A stretch of 64,000 nt of DNA from the human T2T-CHM13v2.0 reference genome, Homo sapiens, in NCBI RefSeq assembly GCF_009914755.1, contig NC_060937.1; one strand, written 5' to 3'. Both the position numbers and the translations under genes were made by a program. Below, piece after piece: positions 27,840-52,950 of the stretch (its first letter is position 1; each line of letters opens with the position of its first letter). A model generated the notes under the pieces. The model was not told where the DNA came from. It did not search any database and was given only the letters and a program-made list of their open reading frames with translations.

Positions 27840-29225
27840 TTATTACATCTATTTAACTTTGTGTTGCTTTTGAAATCCTTGTGCTGTTAAGTTACAGGGC
27901 TTTGACTCCATTGATTCCTGGGTCTGAAAAAGACACCAAACCCTGCTAACTTTTAAACATTGACAGCAGTTAAAGCCTCATCTTCAGACCCAGGAGAAGA
28001 TGACAGTCAAAACAAAGTGTGTTTATAATAAGACACAGGGACAGAAATTAAAACTCTTCAACTCCCCAATCCCAGGGACTACTGCAGAAGAGGTGAGCAC
28101 GTGAGATTGTAAGGGCCAATTTTGAGAAAGAAAATTAGTTCAGGGTTTCTCTATAAATTAAACATTAGTATCAAAGGTACACTGATGCAAGACCAGCAAC
28201 TGGGCCCCTGTGTCAGATTAATATGGCTTTTGTGGAGCATTAATCCACTTTTTTAAAAAATATAAAAGGTTATAAAAAGGCTTATTGAATTATATCTTTT
28301 AGTCAAGTTGTTTAAAATTTAGTAGATTTATTTATAAGATTTGAGAGACATTTAATTGGTCTTGACCTAATGCTATCTTTATTAGAGCTTACTGTTTGGG
28401 AAATTAAGTCTCCTGTCTCAAAGTATAAAGGGTTTGGCCATTTATTTTTACATCTTTGAGTTATCATTTTGGCTAAATGAATGACTTATTTATTTTACAA
28501 TGACCTGTGATCCTATTTCGTGATATCCTGTGTTTTAAACTTTTCATATTTGACAAACTTTCTAAAATCAAATACTAAATTCAGTCCTTTTGACCTCACT
28601 AATGTTTTGATATTAGGTCCCCTGAAGTCCAAAACAGACATATTTGGCTTATTTTCTACAGAAAAAAATTATACAGGAAGCATTGTTAAATATGAAATGG
28701 TGTTTAACCTACTTTGGGTTATATTTACATAAATGTGTTATTAGTGTGTGTCCTAAAATCATAGAATATTCCTGTGATTCTGATATGTCTCAATATATGT
28801 TGTCAGTAGTAATTACGATTATTATGTGTAAAATTGTCATATGCCACAAAAGTAACCAAATTTCCTTGTCAGTTGTGTCTCTAACTATGGCTGCTCTACA
28901 ACTTTTGTCATCTACAATTGTTGATTACTTTGATCCTTTCATAGTGTGGTTTATAATCAGCTATAGAACTTTGTGGAATTCACATTTAGAGACCGTGTAA
29001 TTGAAATGGAGAGAAAATCTTCCAGGACTCTCATGGAGAGCTGATGTTTTCATGAGGATTCCTGATCCAATATTGACCAGAAGTTAACTGCATGGACTGA
29101 ACTAACAGACAATTGAAATAATCTTTTATGACTCTTTGTTTAAAACATTTGCTGATTTTGTTTTTCAGAGTCAAGAAACCTTTTTTATCTTTTAAGCTAT
29201 TTACAGCTTTTAACATTTGAGTAAA

Positions 29226-29226
<1 letters not shown>

Positions 29227-29270
<44 letters not shown>
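29227..29270. repeat. (TA)n microsatellite in an Alu tail
   Basis: Pure TA run. Confidence 0.95.
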
Positions 29271-29277
<7 letters not shown>

Positions 29278-29567
29278 TTTAATTGAGGCAGAGTCTCGCA
29301 CTGTCACCTAGGCTGGAATGCAGTGGCACAATCTCAGCTCAATGCAACCTCTGCCACCCAGGTTCAAGTGATCCTCTCACTTCAGCCTCCTGAGTAGCTG
29401 GGGTTACAGGCACCTGCCACCATGCCCAGCTAATTTTTGTATTTTTAGTAAAGATCTGGTTTCACCATGTTGGCCAGGCTGGTCTCGAAAACCTGACCTC
29501 AAGTGATCCGCCCAGCTTGGCCTCCCAAAGTGCTGGGATTACAGGTTTGAGCCACCATGGCCAGCCT
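29271..29567 (-). mobile_element. AluS
   Basis: Reverse dimer, TSD tgagtaaagt. Confidence 0.92.
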
Positions 29568-29611
29568 GAGTAAAGTGTACTCTTATGAGCAAAATTTAAA
29601 ACACCTTCTCC

Positions 29612-30841
29612 TGTGAAAGAAAAATAACACCTTGGGACCCCAAATTCATTATGCCAAAGGGAAAGTTAAGCTTGGGAATTGAGTCATGCAAAAAACTATC
29701 TTCCTTTTGTTCCCAAACAGATAGCTGCCATTTCACATGCTTACTTTATTTTATGTAACGTGCAGGTTTACTGAGCATGAGAATAGTGCTTAAGTAACTT
29801 TTTCTTATACTACCTTCTTTGCACATTTAAAACTGTTGGGAGCAAGCCCCCCAAAGTCTGGCCATAAACTGACCCCAAAACTGGCCATAAATAAAATCTC
29901 TGCAGCAATGTAACATGTCCATAATGGCCATAACACCCATGCTGGAAGGTTGTGGGTTTACGGGAATGAGGGTAAGGAACACCTGGCCCACCCAAGGTGG
30001 AAAACTGCTTAAAGGCATTTTTAAGCCACAAACAAAAGCTGAGCAATCTGTGTCTTAAGGGCTTGTTCCTGCTGCAATTAATTTGGCCCATCCCTTCTTT
30101 TCCCTTAAAGGATACTTTTAGTTAATTTAATATCTATAGAAATAATGCTAATGACTGGTTTGCTGTTAATAAATATGTGGGTAAATCTCTGTTCGGGGCT
30201 CTCAGCTCTGAAGGCTGTGAGACCCCTGATTTCCCACTTCACACCTCTGTATTTCTGTGTGTATGTCCTTAATTCCTCTAGCTCCATTGGGTTAGAGTCT
30301 CCCCGAGCGAGCTGGTCTCGGCAAGTGGCGTCCATTCGTGGAGGCTCGAATCCAGGTCAAAGGGTTGCTGGAGCGACGGTTGGAATGGAAAACTAGCTGG
30401 AAGACACCCAAGTACTCTTAAAGCAATCCCCGTGGTGAGTAAGAAGGGGAGCTTTCTGTTCCCAAACAGATAGCTGCAATTTCACATGCTTTATTTTATG
30501 TAAAATGCAGATGTACTGAGCATGAGAATAGTGCTTAAGTGACTTTTTTTCTACTACCTTCTTTGCACATTTAAAACATAGACTCACTGAATGCTAATCA
30601 AACGTCACAAGAATGTAACCACTTGCCTCATTGCCTATCCTGCCTCTTTTTCTTCACCCCACCCCCACCTCCCCGCTTGCTCTTTCCTATTTAAATATTG
30701 AAGTTCCCAAAACCATACTTGGAAAATGCATGGATCACAGATCCTACAGTAACTTGCATCTGTTTCCTAAGTGTGTCCTCAACCTTGGCAAAATAAACCT
30801 CTAGTCAATTGAGATCTGCCTCAGTCACTTACTGGTTTACA
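29612..30841 (+). mobile_element. MER4-family LTR interrupted by an HML3 fragment
   Basis: tgtgaaagaaaaataacaccttgggacccc...ccttggcaaaataaacc...ggtttaca. Confidence 0.78.
29834..30452 (+). mobile_element. MER9 LTR (HERV-K9/HML3, 29834-30323) plus primer binding site and leader
   Basis: tgttgggagcaagccccccaaa..tggccataaac...gagctggtctcggca, then agtggcgtcc primer site and splice donor ggtgagt at 30434. Confidence 0.87.
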
Positions 30842-31679
30842 TTTTGGCAACAAGGGAATTATCTGACTGGAGTTTGGCCCTGACCTGCAGCAACTCTCCT
30901 ATCAGGGCCCTGGTACTTGCTGAAGCTCTTTATCACTTTGACCAATTGGACAATTGGCTGAGGTCTGGAGGCTTCTTCCTCCAGAGATTGCTGATCTCAC
31001 AAAAGTTTGTGGTTGAGATCTGAGGTTTACTCTGCTGAAGAGCTCCTTTTCTTAGAGTTTACTGCTTCTATGATGAAGAGCAATCTTCAGCTTGGTCCCC
31101 ATCTCCAATAACAAACTCATTTGGAGTTTCATTTTGAGATTTGGTAGCTGAAGATCAAGGTTTACTATCAGCTGGCTCTGACCTCTTCTTATGCTCAGAG
31201 ATCTTGACTGTATTTAAACTGTGTGATCACTTTCTCAGCTTTTTGGGGTTTTTTTTACTACCTAAGAGGTTTCATTTACATAAAAAGGCTGCTTTCCCAG
31301 CCTCTCTCTCTGTGCTATTAATTTAAAATTTTAGAGAGATCTTATTCTAAGTAAGTAATGAAAAGAACAGATTTTGAAAAGGACACATAGCAGTGTCGCA
31401 GCAAGCCTTAAAAATTCTCTTGATAAAACTAAGAGCAAACTGTATGGCCTAAAACAGATCTGGTAGTTAAAATTCTGTGACAGTGTTTGCCACCTAAAAT
31501 GTGCTACAGAGGTTGTGTCTATGATACTATTTGGTTTCATTGCAAGAGTACCAAAAGTAAACTGGGTAGAATCCAAAGGAAATTGTATACAAATCTAACA
31601 GTCAGTTTATAGCATTTTTGTTGCCAAATTATAAGTAAATTGTAGGTATTTATTAATATCATTCCAAGGAATGACTAGC

Positions 31680-33612
31680 AGTGCAAAAAATAGGTACTTT
31701 AGTGGTAACAATTATTTGCTAATAATCCAGAACCTACAAATAACAGAAGGAAACAGCACACTCTTAAATAAATAATGGGACAAGGAAGAAACTACAAAGT
31801 CAATTAGAAAATACTTTAAGATTATGTAGAATGAGGGCCCAACACACGAAAATGTATTGAATGCAGTGAAATGGTGCATAAAGGGAAATTTATTATTTAA
31901 ATGTTTGTATCTAAAAAAGAAGTAAGGGCTCATATAAATAAACCCAATCTTCCACATACAATTCTGGAAAAAGAAGAGCAACTAAACCTAAAGTGAGCAG
32001 AAGGAAAGAACTAATAAAATGTTAAGTGAAAAATAAAGGAGAGAATACAAAAACAATAGGTAGAATAAACAAATCTAAAAGTTGGTACCTTGAAAACATC
32101 AACAAAATTAACAAACTTTTCACAAGGATGAGCAAGAGAAAAAGAGAGAAGGCTCAAATTATTAAAATCAGGAGTGAAAGGGGGAACATTACTACAGACC
32201 TTATGGAAATAAAAAGAATACTGAGGGAATACTACAAAAAACTGTATGCCAATAAGTTAGACAACATAGACAACATTGACAAATTCCTAGAAAGACATAA
32301 ACTACTAAAGATTACTCAAGAAAAAAATAGAATATCTGAATAGACCTGTAATAAATAAATAGGTTAAATTAGTAATTTTCAAATTTTCCACACACAAAAA
32401 AGCTCAGCCCTGGGTGGCTTTAATGCTTAATAAAACCAAAAATTTAAAGAAGAATTAGTACCAATTCTTCTCAAAAGGTAGAGAGGAGGAGCAGACACTT
32501 CCCAACTCTTTCTGTGAGGCTAGTATTATCCTGATACCAAAACCAAACAAAGATAGCACAAAAAAGAAAACTACAGAACAATATATTTTAGGAATATATG
32601 TGCAAAAATCCTCAAAAAGTACTTGTAGACCAAATCCAGCAACAAATAAAAAGGTTATATTCCATTCCAAGTGGAGTTTGTTCCAAGAATGCAAGATTGG
32701 TTTGGCATCTGAAAACCAATTAATATAATATATCAGATTAACAGAATAAAGGACAAAACCATGTGACCATTTGAATAGATGTAGAAAAATGAATTGACAA
32801 AGTCCAGCACCCATTAAGGATAGGGGAAAAAACAACTCAACAAACTAGGAATAGAAGAGAACTTTCTCAACATGATAAAGAACATCTACAAAAAATGATC
32901 TGAATAGACATTTCTTTGAAGAAGGTATACAAATGACAAATAAGTATAATAACAGATGCTCAACATTATTAGCTGTCAATTAAATCTGAATCAAAATTAC
33001 AATGATATATCACTTCACAACTGCTGGTATGGCTATAATAAAAAAACAAAGGGATACTATATGGTCCATTAGTTTTACTTCCAGGTGTCTACACAAGAGA
33101 AATAAAAACGTATGTCCACATAAAAACTTGTACACAAGTTTTCATTGTACACTATTTTAATAACATCCAAAAAGTGCAAACAATCTAAATGTTGATCAAC
33201 TGATAAACAGGCAAATAAAACGTGGGATATTCATAAAATGTAGTATTCGGGTAAAAAAATGAAGTACTAATACATGCTACAATATGGATGAACCTTAAAA
33301 ATATGATGCCAAGTGAAAGAAACCAAATAATAAAAGTTCAATATTGTATGATTTCACTCATATGAAATGTCCAGAACAGGAATATCTATACAGACATAAA
33401 GTAGATTACTGGTTACTTATGGCTAGAGATGATGAGAGAACAGGGGAGTGACTGTAAGTGGGTACAGGGCTTCTTTGGGGAATGATGAAAATGTTCTAAA
33501 ATTAATTGTGGGGATAGTCATACAACTCTGTGAATGGACTAAAAACATTGTATTTATATACACTTTAAATTACTGAAGTGTACAGAATGTAAATTATATC
33601 TCAATAAAGCTG
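31680..33612 (+). mobile_element. Old L1M (L1MB-like) ORF2 fragments and 3' end
   Basis: Translates INKSKSWYLENINKINK...ITTDLMEIKRILREYYKKLYANKLDN; ends tatatctcaataaagctg. Confidence 0.88.
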
Positions 33613-33622
33613 ATATGTGCAT

Positions 33623-33642
33623 ACACACACACACACACACAC
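33623..33642. repeat. (CA)n microsatellite
   Basis: CA run. Confidence 0.9.
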
Positions 33643-34843
33643 CCAACAGCAGAAGAAAATACCTAAAAGGTAATGAACAAAAGCATTCAGATTAAAGCAT
33701 GAGAATCTGAAGGTTTGGTCATCTACATCTTGTTCCATAGATAAGCATAGACTGTCTACTAAACACAGTTGTCAACTTGATCCAAAAATCTTCGCTGGAT
33801 TCTGTTTCTTTCAAGACTGTTTCTAGAGGGGTCCACAAATAATTATCTTTGAAGTTTCTGATTAGGACATCTTTCCAGGGATTCTAAGATTATTTATGCC
33901 TCTTTAATTGAAAGACTTTAAGGATCAATATATTGGAGTTGCCCTCTTGTGTCCATTATTAGCAGTATTTGATATCAACTTTTTCATTCGTGTTCTAGAG
34001 CTTTTTCTCTTATTTCTTTAAGTCAGAACACCAGATCTTCAGGTTTACGATCATGCAAGTTTTTAGGAAGATTATGAGAAAAGGTTGCCTGTGCCTGTGG
34101 ATCATAAGGTTGAATGTGTTGCATTAATTCCTTGCAATATTTCGCAGTATCCATTTGCAATATGTTAGAGTCTACAATCAGAGGTGACATTTGTAGATAT
34201 TTGTGTAGGCCAGTCTGTTACTAATGTATAAGGGAAGAGTTTATGAACCTCAAAGAAATTGATGGCATTGACATTAAAGCCATGGCAATACCTCGGGCTA
34301 TGGAATTTTGAAGGTTTCTGAGAGCTTTCCTGATTTTAGTTTCTGAATCTTCTTTTTTTTTTTTTTTAATCTTTCTTGAATAGTGAAGCTGATATGGGCA
34401 GTGAAGTTTCTGAGTAAGTGTTAAGGTTTTGTAAAGGTTTTTAATGACAGTGCCAGTACAATGGTTTTTTTCTGTCACTTGAAAAATGGGTTAGAATTTT
34501 GTAGGTTGGGAACACAAAATCAAGTAATATTTTTGCTGCCATTGGAACTGAAAGTATTCCGAAAGGAAATGCTTCAATTCAATCCCCAAAATAAATGAAC
34601 AATGAGAAGAACACGTTTAAAATCTACTGAGTGTGTAGTGATCATCTGTAGTTGTTCAAACGCTCTCTGAAGCTTATGCTCTTGTTCATGTCCCATTTTT
34701 GAGTTGTGCTTACATGATGCTGGCAACAGATAAGACATGTAGTTTTAATAAATCACTAACCTTTATATTCTGCTTATTTTTAAATTATAAATTCCATCTG
34801 TGTAAATAGTTTCTCTCTTCTTGCACTTTACTAAAAGCAGTTA

Positions 34844-35980
<1,137 letters not shown>

Positions 35981-36571
35981 GAGACCACTAAGTATAGGGA
36001 AGACTAAACCCGAGAACCAAGTGGCCAGAAGCCTGCACTAGCTCAGCTGATTCTGCTATTACACTTAGATAAAGTATGAGCCTTTTGCTACTGAATCAAC
36101 AGAAAGGCTGCCCGAAAGCAGTGAGTCTCAGATGCCTCCCATGAAGTTCACACATCACACCAGGGACTTCTACTCATACGTGAAAAGCTAGAGAATCATG
36201 TTTAGGTAGGCAAGGGGAGAGAGGTCCTGGACAGGTTATTGAAGGACTGATTTTAAATTACAAAATACCTCTTTATGTTTAGTTTGCAAACAAAAGGAGT
36301 CAATTAGTGAAGGCTTGGCTGAGCTGATTTCAGAAACAGTAGGGACCCACTTTTTGCAGTAGTTAGGAAGCCTCAGGATCTTTTTAAATGTATCCTAATT
36401 ACTAGCCTAGGAAAGTCTTAAAAGAGCTATAGTTTGTTGGGAGAAAGAGATTTGCCTTCTTTAGAAAAATCTATCTTTGGTAATGCACTTGGTTTTGACA
36501 AAACCAAGTGCATTGGTTTTGTTACTTTCCTTTAAAAATTCTATCTTTTTAAAACATTCCTGGAACTCATC

Positions 36572-36975
<404 letters not shown>

Positions 36976-37128
36976 TAAGGATTATTATAAAATAGAATGG
37001 TATTTCAGTAAATCCCTGAGGCTTAGGAGTCCAGGTACAATGTTGGTTCTCAATTAAAATATAAATCATGTCTAGGGACACTTAGGAACACAGAACATAT
37101 ATTTAGAGCTAGAAAATATACAGCTTCA

Positions 37129-37387
<259 letters not shown>

Positions 37388-37460
37388 TCAAATAGGACTA
37401 AAAATAAGATTATATATAAATTTGGTTTTCCAAGTGTATGAGGAATAACTATGAGGCTGA

Positions 37461-37788
<328 letters not shown>

Positions 37789-38556
37789 TCACATGGGGTT
37801 TTATTATTAGGATGGTAAGAGTATTATAAGGATTGGTACAAGGCATGATGAGTCCTTTTGCTTTTAGGCTTTTGACTTCTGGTTTTAGACTTTCTTTAGC
37901 TTCTGTTGTTAGACAACATTGTGCAAGCTTGGTTTTTATAAGTTTGCATGGATTAAACTGAACTTAATGAAATTGTCCCTCCCCCCAAATTCTCAGCACA
38001 ATTTTTAGGCCCACAAGGAGTCAAGCACCTCAAGGAGATCTTCAGTTTGAACTTGGTGTAGACACAGGGATACTGATGAATCAATATTCAAATTAGCTGT
38101 TACCTACTTAAGAAAGAGAGGAGACCTTGGGGATTTCGAGGAAGGGTTCGTAAGGGAGATTTTAGCTGAGAAATACCATTTGCACAGTCAATCACTTCTG
38201 ACCAAGTTATCAGAAAAAGGAGAAAAGAATGTCTCCCCACTAAATGTTCTAGGGTGGTGAGAAATCTAGGTTGGTTATCTAAATCAACAATATTTAGATA
38301 TTCCAATATCTAAATATTGTTGGAAATACTCTCCTGAAGTGTTCATTGAACTCTAAGAGAGACAGCTTGTGTATCAGTGGCAGGGTTTAAGGTTCATTTT
38401 TTATTCCCATATTAATCCTTTAATATTTAGACAAATTTCCTTCTGAGTTTAAGGATAAAATGGGATGGGTTCTGCCTGGGCCTGGCCCTCATGGGGACAT
38501 CAAAGGGCAATGTTGCAAAAAAAAAAAAAAAAAAAAAAAAAATCAGACCATCAGAT

Positions 38557-38682
38557 TGCATGGGGGGAACCACCCCCATAATTAAATTACCTCCACCCAG
38601 TCCCACCCTTGACACCTGGAGATTATGGGGATTGCAATTCAAGGTGAGATTTGGGTGGAGACATAGAGCCAAAGTATATTAT
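38557..38682 (-). mobile_element. THE1/MST LTR fragment
   Basis: gcatggggggaaccaccccca...aaggtgagatttgggtggagacatagagccaa. Confidence 0.8.
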
Positions 38683-42080
<3,398 letters not shown>

Positions 42081-42333
42081 GAAATATTAAAATTAAATTG
42101 TAAATTATCAGAGTAAAAGATAAACACTAAAAGCACTTTAAAAAAGGCATAACTGTAAAGGGACTCTGATTAGATTGACAGCAAACTTCACAACTGCAGC
42201 AATCACGACCACACACAGTGGAACAGTATATTCCAAGTGCTGATGAAAATAATCATCAATATGGAATCTACCCTGCTGAACAGTGTTCAAGAGATAGTAT
42301 AAAATGAATGCTTTTTAAAATTATTTATTTTTA

Positions 42334-42478
42334 GGGCGGGGCTGCCAAGGGAGGAGGAAGATGGCTGCGGGGGCGAGGTGAGGTGTTGGCAGCGGGAAGG
42401 AGTTCGGGCTCAGGGGGCGGGGGGACACGGAGCGATGCCCGCGCAGGCCGTAGGGGCGGATAAAAAGCCGTAGCGCCA
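42334..42478 (+). pseudogene. Duplicated 5'UTR stub of the NUS1 retrocopy
   Basis: Near-identical to 44367-44509. Confidence 0.88.
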
Positions 42479-42710
42479 TGGCTCACGCCTGTAATCCCAG
42501 CACTTTGGGACGCCGAGGCAGGCGGATCAAGAGGTCAGGAGATCGAGACTATCCTGGCTAACACGGTTGAAACCCCGTCTCTACTAAAAATACAGAAAAA
42601 AAAAAAATAGCCGGGCGTGGTGGCGGGAGCCTGTAGTCTCAGCTACTCGGGAGGCTGAGGCAGGAGAATGTCGTGAACCTGGGAGGCGGAGATTGCAGTG
42701 AGCCCAGATG
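42479..42710 (+). mobile_element. AluY fragment truncated at both ends, at the duplication junction
   Basis: tggctcacgcctg...gcagtgagcccagat; no A tail and no TSD. Confidence 0.9.
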
Positions 42711-43682
42711 AACATTTGGATTGGTCAGATCTTTGTGACCTTGGATACAACATAAAAAGCATAATTCATAAGAGAACAAATTGATAATATGCATTTCATC
42801 AAAATTAAAAACTTCCACTCTTCAAAATACACTGTTAAGAGAATGAAAAGACATAGATCAAGAGGACGTATTTTTAAATCACATATCTGTAAAGGACTTC
42901 TATGCAGAACATATAAAACCCTTGAACCTCAATAATAAAATGCAAACATGCAATAAAAAGAGGAACGAAAGATTTGAACAGACACTTCACCAACAGAAAT
43001 ATTGATGGCAAACAAGATCAGGAAAAGATGCTTAATATCATTATTCAATAAAGAGATGCAAATTGAAACTACAAGTTGATACCACTACACACCTGCTAGA
43101 AGGTGTAAAATTAAACAGACTGATATACCAAGTGATGGCAAGGATGTAGAGAAATTAGAAACCTCCTACACTGCTCATGGGAAGGTAAAAATGGCACAAC
43201 CACTTTGGAAAACAGTTTGGCAGTTTATTAAATAGCTAAATACACCTACCATATGATCCAGCCATTCCACTCCTAGAGAGAGAAAAGCATATGTCTATAT
43301 AAAGGTTTGTATGCAAATGTTTATAACAGCTTTATTTGTAATAACCAAAAGCTGGAACCAATCCAAATGTTCATCAACTCCTGAATGCATTAACAAATTG
43401 CGTTTACTGATAAAATTGAAGACTCTTCAGCCATAGAAAGAAATGGGTTGTTGATACTGCCAAAAACATGGATGAATCTTAAAATAACTTCGCTGAAGCA
43501 AAGACGCCAGAGCTCACAAAAGTATGAGGACATACACTATGCTTCCAGGTATATAAAATTATAGAAAATGCAAACTAACCTATGATAACTGAAAGTATGT
43601 CTGTGGTTGCCTGGGGACAGGCTGAGGGTGGAGAAGTGGAGGGAAGGATTACAAAGGGCACAAGGAGAGACTAGGGTGATGA

Positions 43683-43994
<312 letters not shown>

Positions 43995-44366
43995 GATCTG
44001 TTTATTATCTTAACTGTAGTGATGGTTTCACAAGCATAAACACACATCAAATTTTGCACTTTCAATATGCGCGGTTTAGTGTATGTCAATCATCCCTCAA
44101 TAACACTGTTAAAAAAAGAAACATTAAAATTAAATTGTAAATTATCAAAGAAAAAAACACTAAAAGCACTTTTAAAAAGGCATAACTGTAAAGGGACTCT
44201 GATTAGATTGAGAGCAAACTTCACAACTGCAGCAATCACGACCACACACAGTGGAACAGTATATTCCAAGTGCTGATGAAAATAATCATCAAAATGGAAT
44301 CTACCCTGCTGAACAGTGTTCAAGAGATAGTATAAAATGAATGCTTTTTAAAATTATTTATTTTTA

Positions 44367-48154
<3,788 letters not shown>

Positions 48155-48171
48155 AAAATTATTTATTTTTA

Positions 48172-48636
48172 AAAATTCATACATAATACTGTATGTATTT
48201 GTGGGGTACGTATTGGTGTTTCTATACATACAATGTATAGTAATCAGATCAGGGATATTAGCATATCTGCCATCTGAAATATTGATCATTTTTTGTGTTG
48301 GGAGAATTCAATGTCCTCTTTTAGCTATTTGAAAATATATATTCTTGACTACAGTCATCCTACAGTGCTATAAAACATTAGAACTTATTCCACCTAACTG
48401 TAATTTTTTGTCCTTTAACAAATCTCTCCCTATATCCCCCTTCCCTTTCCACCCTTGAATAACCTGGATTCTACTCTTTACTTCTATGAGATCAACTATT
48501 TTAGCTTCTATATATGAGTGAGAACATGTTTAACTTCCTGTTCCTGGCTCATTTCACTTAACACCATTTCCTCCAGGCTCATCCATGTTTCCATGGAGGA
48601 CAAGAATTCATTCTTTTTATTGCTGAATAGTATTCC

Positions 48637-48677
<41 letters not shown>

Positions 48678-49510
48678 GTGTGTGTATGTGTGTGTATAAA
48701 ATCATATTTTCTTTAGCCATTCATCTGTTGATGGAGACTTGGGTTGACTCCATAGCTTGGCTATTGTGAATAGTGCTGCAATGGACATGGAGTATGGACA
48801 ACTCTTGGATGTACTGATTTTCTTTGCTTTGGTTCTTTACCCAGTAGTAGGGCTGCTAGATCATATGCTAGTTCTATTTTTGTTTTTTTGAGGAAACTCT
48901 ATACTATTCTCTACAGTGGCTGTAGTAGTTTACATTCCCACCAATAGTGTGTAAGAATTCCCTTTTCTCCACCTCCTCACCAGCATTTGTTTTTTGGTTT
49001 TTTTTTTGTATTTTTGACAATGGCCATTCTAACTGAAGTGAGATGATACCTCACTGTGGTTTTGATTTGCATTTATCTGATGATTAGTGATACTGAACTT
49101 TTTCCATATATTTGTTAGTCATTTGCATGTCCTTCTGAGAACTATCTGTTTGAATCATTTGCCCATTTTTAATTTTTTTTTTTTTTTCTGTTGAGATGTT
49201 TGAATTCCTTGTGTATTCTAGATACAAATCCCTTGTTGGATGAATAGTTTGCAGGTATCTCTCGCCCTATGCAGAAGTTAACTCAAAATGGATCAAAGAC
49301 TTAAATGTAAAACCTGAAACTATAAAAACTACTAGAAGAAAACACAGGGAAAATGCTTTATGATATTGGTCTTGGAAAAGATTTTATGAATAAGACCTCA
49401 AAGCACAGGCAACAAAAGCAAAAATAAACAAATGGGATTACATAAAAGTAAAACGCTTCAGCATACCAAAGGAAACAATCAATGTAGTGAAAAGAGAACT
49501 AACAGAATGG
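48172..49510 (-). mobile_element. L1MA-type element with 5' inversion (minus 48172-49265, plus 49266-49510)
   Basis: Reverse L1 3' end switches to a forward ORF2 segment that is contiguous in L1 coordinates. Confidence 0.8.
48638..48695. repeat. (TG)n microsatellite
   Basis: GT run, imperfect at the 3' side. Confidence 0.93.
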
Positions 49511-51680
49511 ATGAAATGAAGACTTTCAGAACCAAAACATCCTGAGAGAGTGTCCCACTGAAGACCTACACACAATACCCTACTAAGAGGTATTCTTTGA
49601 CCAAAAGTAAATTGAACCTGGGAAGATGGAATAAGATACATGAAGCTCGGGTGAGCAAAGAAAATGCAAGATAATACAGGTAAATCTAAAGGAGCACTGA
49701 GTGTGTAAAATAATAATAATCGTAACTAATAATGCAGGTAAAAAAATACTACTGAACTAAAACCTTATAGAAGATAAACACTAACTTATGATTTAAGGAG
49801 AACAACAACCTCTTAACCTAAGAATACAAGAGAATTTCCTTATCCTGATAAAGAGGATTAAATCATATAGAAAGTATTATCTTTCATTGTAAAATTCAGT
49901 GCTGCTCTAAAATCAGCTCCATTTTTATGTTTCATTGTGCTAGAGACCCTAGAAGCAGATTGTGAGATAAAAAGAAATCTGTTATTGGGTCTAGGAAGGA
50001 AAAAAACTAAGCTATTACTATGTGCAGAACATTTTTGAAGAGGAAATTAAAGATAATCTAGAGACAGCTGTTAGAATTAACTAGGGAGTTCAATGAATTG
50101 CAGGATATAAATTCAGCATAAAAATTACTAGCAAAAATTAGATAAGTATATAAGATTCCATTAACAGTGAAGAACCCCACAAGGTTCCTAGAGATACATG
50201 TAATAATAATGTGCAAGACGTTTCTAATAGGAGGAAATGGGTAAACTTTGTTGGAAGGCATGAAAGAAGACCTAAGTGAATGGAGAAATATGCCATATTC
50301 ATGAATAGAGAGACTCGTTAATGATGGAAACTATCATTACATTGATCTAAAGATAAAATGTATTTCCAAAATCTTTTCCCAAAATGTGTTTTTCATGCTG
50401 ATTTACAAAATTAACATACAAGAGCAATGAGCCAAAAATAGCCAAGACATACCTAAATATAAAGGCGAGAGAGATAACAGATATCACAACTTATTTTATA
50501 GAGCTACAAGTCTTAAGAGAGTGTGATATGGTTCAGAGATGGGTAAATAAAATAATGAAACTGAGGCTACAGCTAGAAAAAGAACCATGAATACATGTGA
50601 ACTTGGTATATGATGGGGGCATTACCCTTCAATGGGGAAGGGGTGCACTACTTGGCACGTGGTGCTGGAGCAACAGAAAACAAATTCATCAAGAAAAAAT
50701 AAATCACAGGTAGGTCAGCACCTACACGTGAGAATGCAAAGCTATAAAAGATAACATGAGTTTATACCAATATCACAAAACAGGAGGAACAGTTTGAGGT
50801 ATCAGACACATTAAAATTTAAAATTCTGTTCAGAAAAAGGCACCATCAATAAAGCAAAAAAATGTACAAGCCTCAGTCTGAGAGGATATATTTGCAATCC
50901 ACATAACCGATGAAGTATCACTATCCAGATACATAAATAGTTCTGAAAATCAGTAAGAAAAAGGCAAGTGACCCAATGGAAAAATGAGCAAATGATAAGA
51001 AACAATAAATATCAAGAGAAAACAATGGGCAATAAATAGTGAAAAGAGGCTGAACTTCACTGCTAACACTGAGAAACACAAATTAAAACAACTAGATGCC
51101 ATTTTTCACCCATTAGAGTGTAAAAAATTAAGAAGTTTGATACTACAGAGTGTTGCCATGAATCTGTGGAAATGGAAACTCTGCTGCTGGAAGGCGTATA
51201 AACTGGTATAACCACTTTGGACAGCAATGCAGCAATACCTAATAATAATGGTAATGATAGCGCTAATGTTTAATACTTATTGAACATTTATAAAGTGCCA
51301 GGCATTGTTAAAAGCTGGCATGGAAAGCTGATGACACACATTCCCAGAAGCCAGGGGCTCTTCCTACAGTGGCCTGGCCCAAGGACCCCTGCACATGGCA
51401 CCAGCAGACACAAGCAAGGCTGCTCATGGTGTGGTGGGAAAGCAGAACTCGTTTGTAAGTTCCTGAGTGGGGAAGGATCACTAATCTGTGCCTCATTGGC
51501 ACAACAGAATATTCTACTCCAGCTAACAGAAACACACTGAATTGATGTCCGTCAATATGGATAAATTTCAAAAACTTGATTTTGAGTGAAAAAAAGCAAG
51601 TTGCAAGAATCTTTACACCATTTGGCCATTTATGTCAACTTTAAGGCACATAAAATATTGTTGGAGGATGCAAGCATGTG
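49511..51680 (+). mobile_element. Highly degenerate L1ME-type fragments
   Basis: L1 ORF1/ORF2-like motifs (aaagaagacctaagtgaatggagaaatatgccatattcatg; atatttgcaatc). Confidence 0.65.
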
Positions 51681-51939
51681 ATAGAAAAGTACGAACTTGT
51701 AGGTGGGAAATATGGACACCAGCCCTCCTCCATAGAGAGCTGACAGCTAGCTGGGGAGCTAGCATTGGTCCTTCTGTCCATCCATCCACAGGAGCCAGGC
51801 CATCTCCAAGGAGGGAACACCGGCTAAGGGAAGCAAGAGCCAGCCTTGAGGAGCTGGAACCTGGAGGAAGGTTATTCTAGGAATTCAAGGACTTAAGACA
51901 TTTGAAATCTACTAACCTCATTTGTTATGATTCATTATA

Positions 51940-52950
<1,011 letters not shown>

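Noticed and set aside
27202-27873. Cluster of overlapping ORFs
   Set aside because: GC-rich U3 region of LTR12, not coding.
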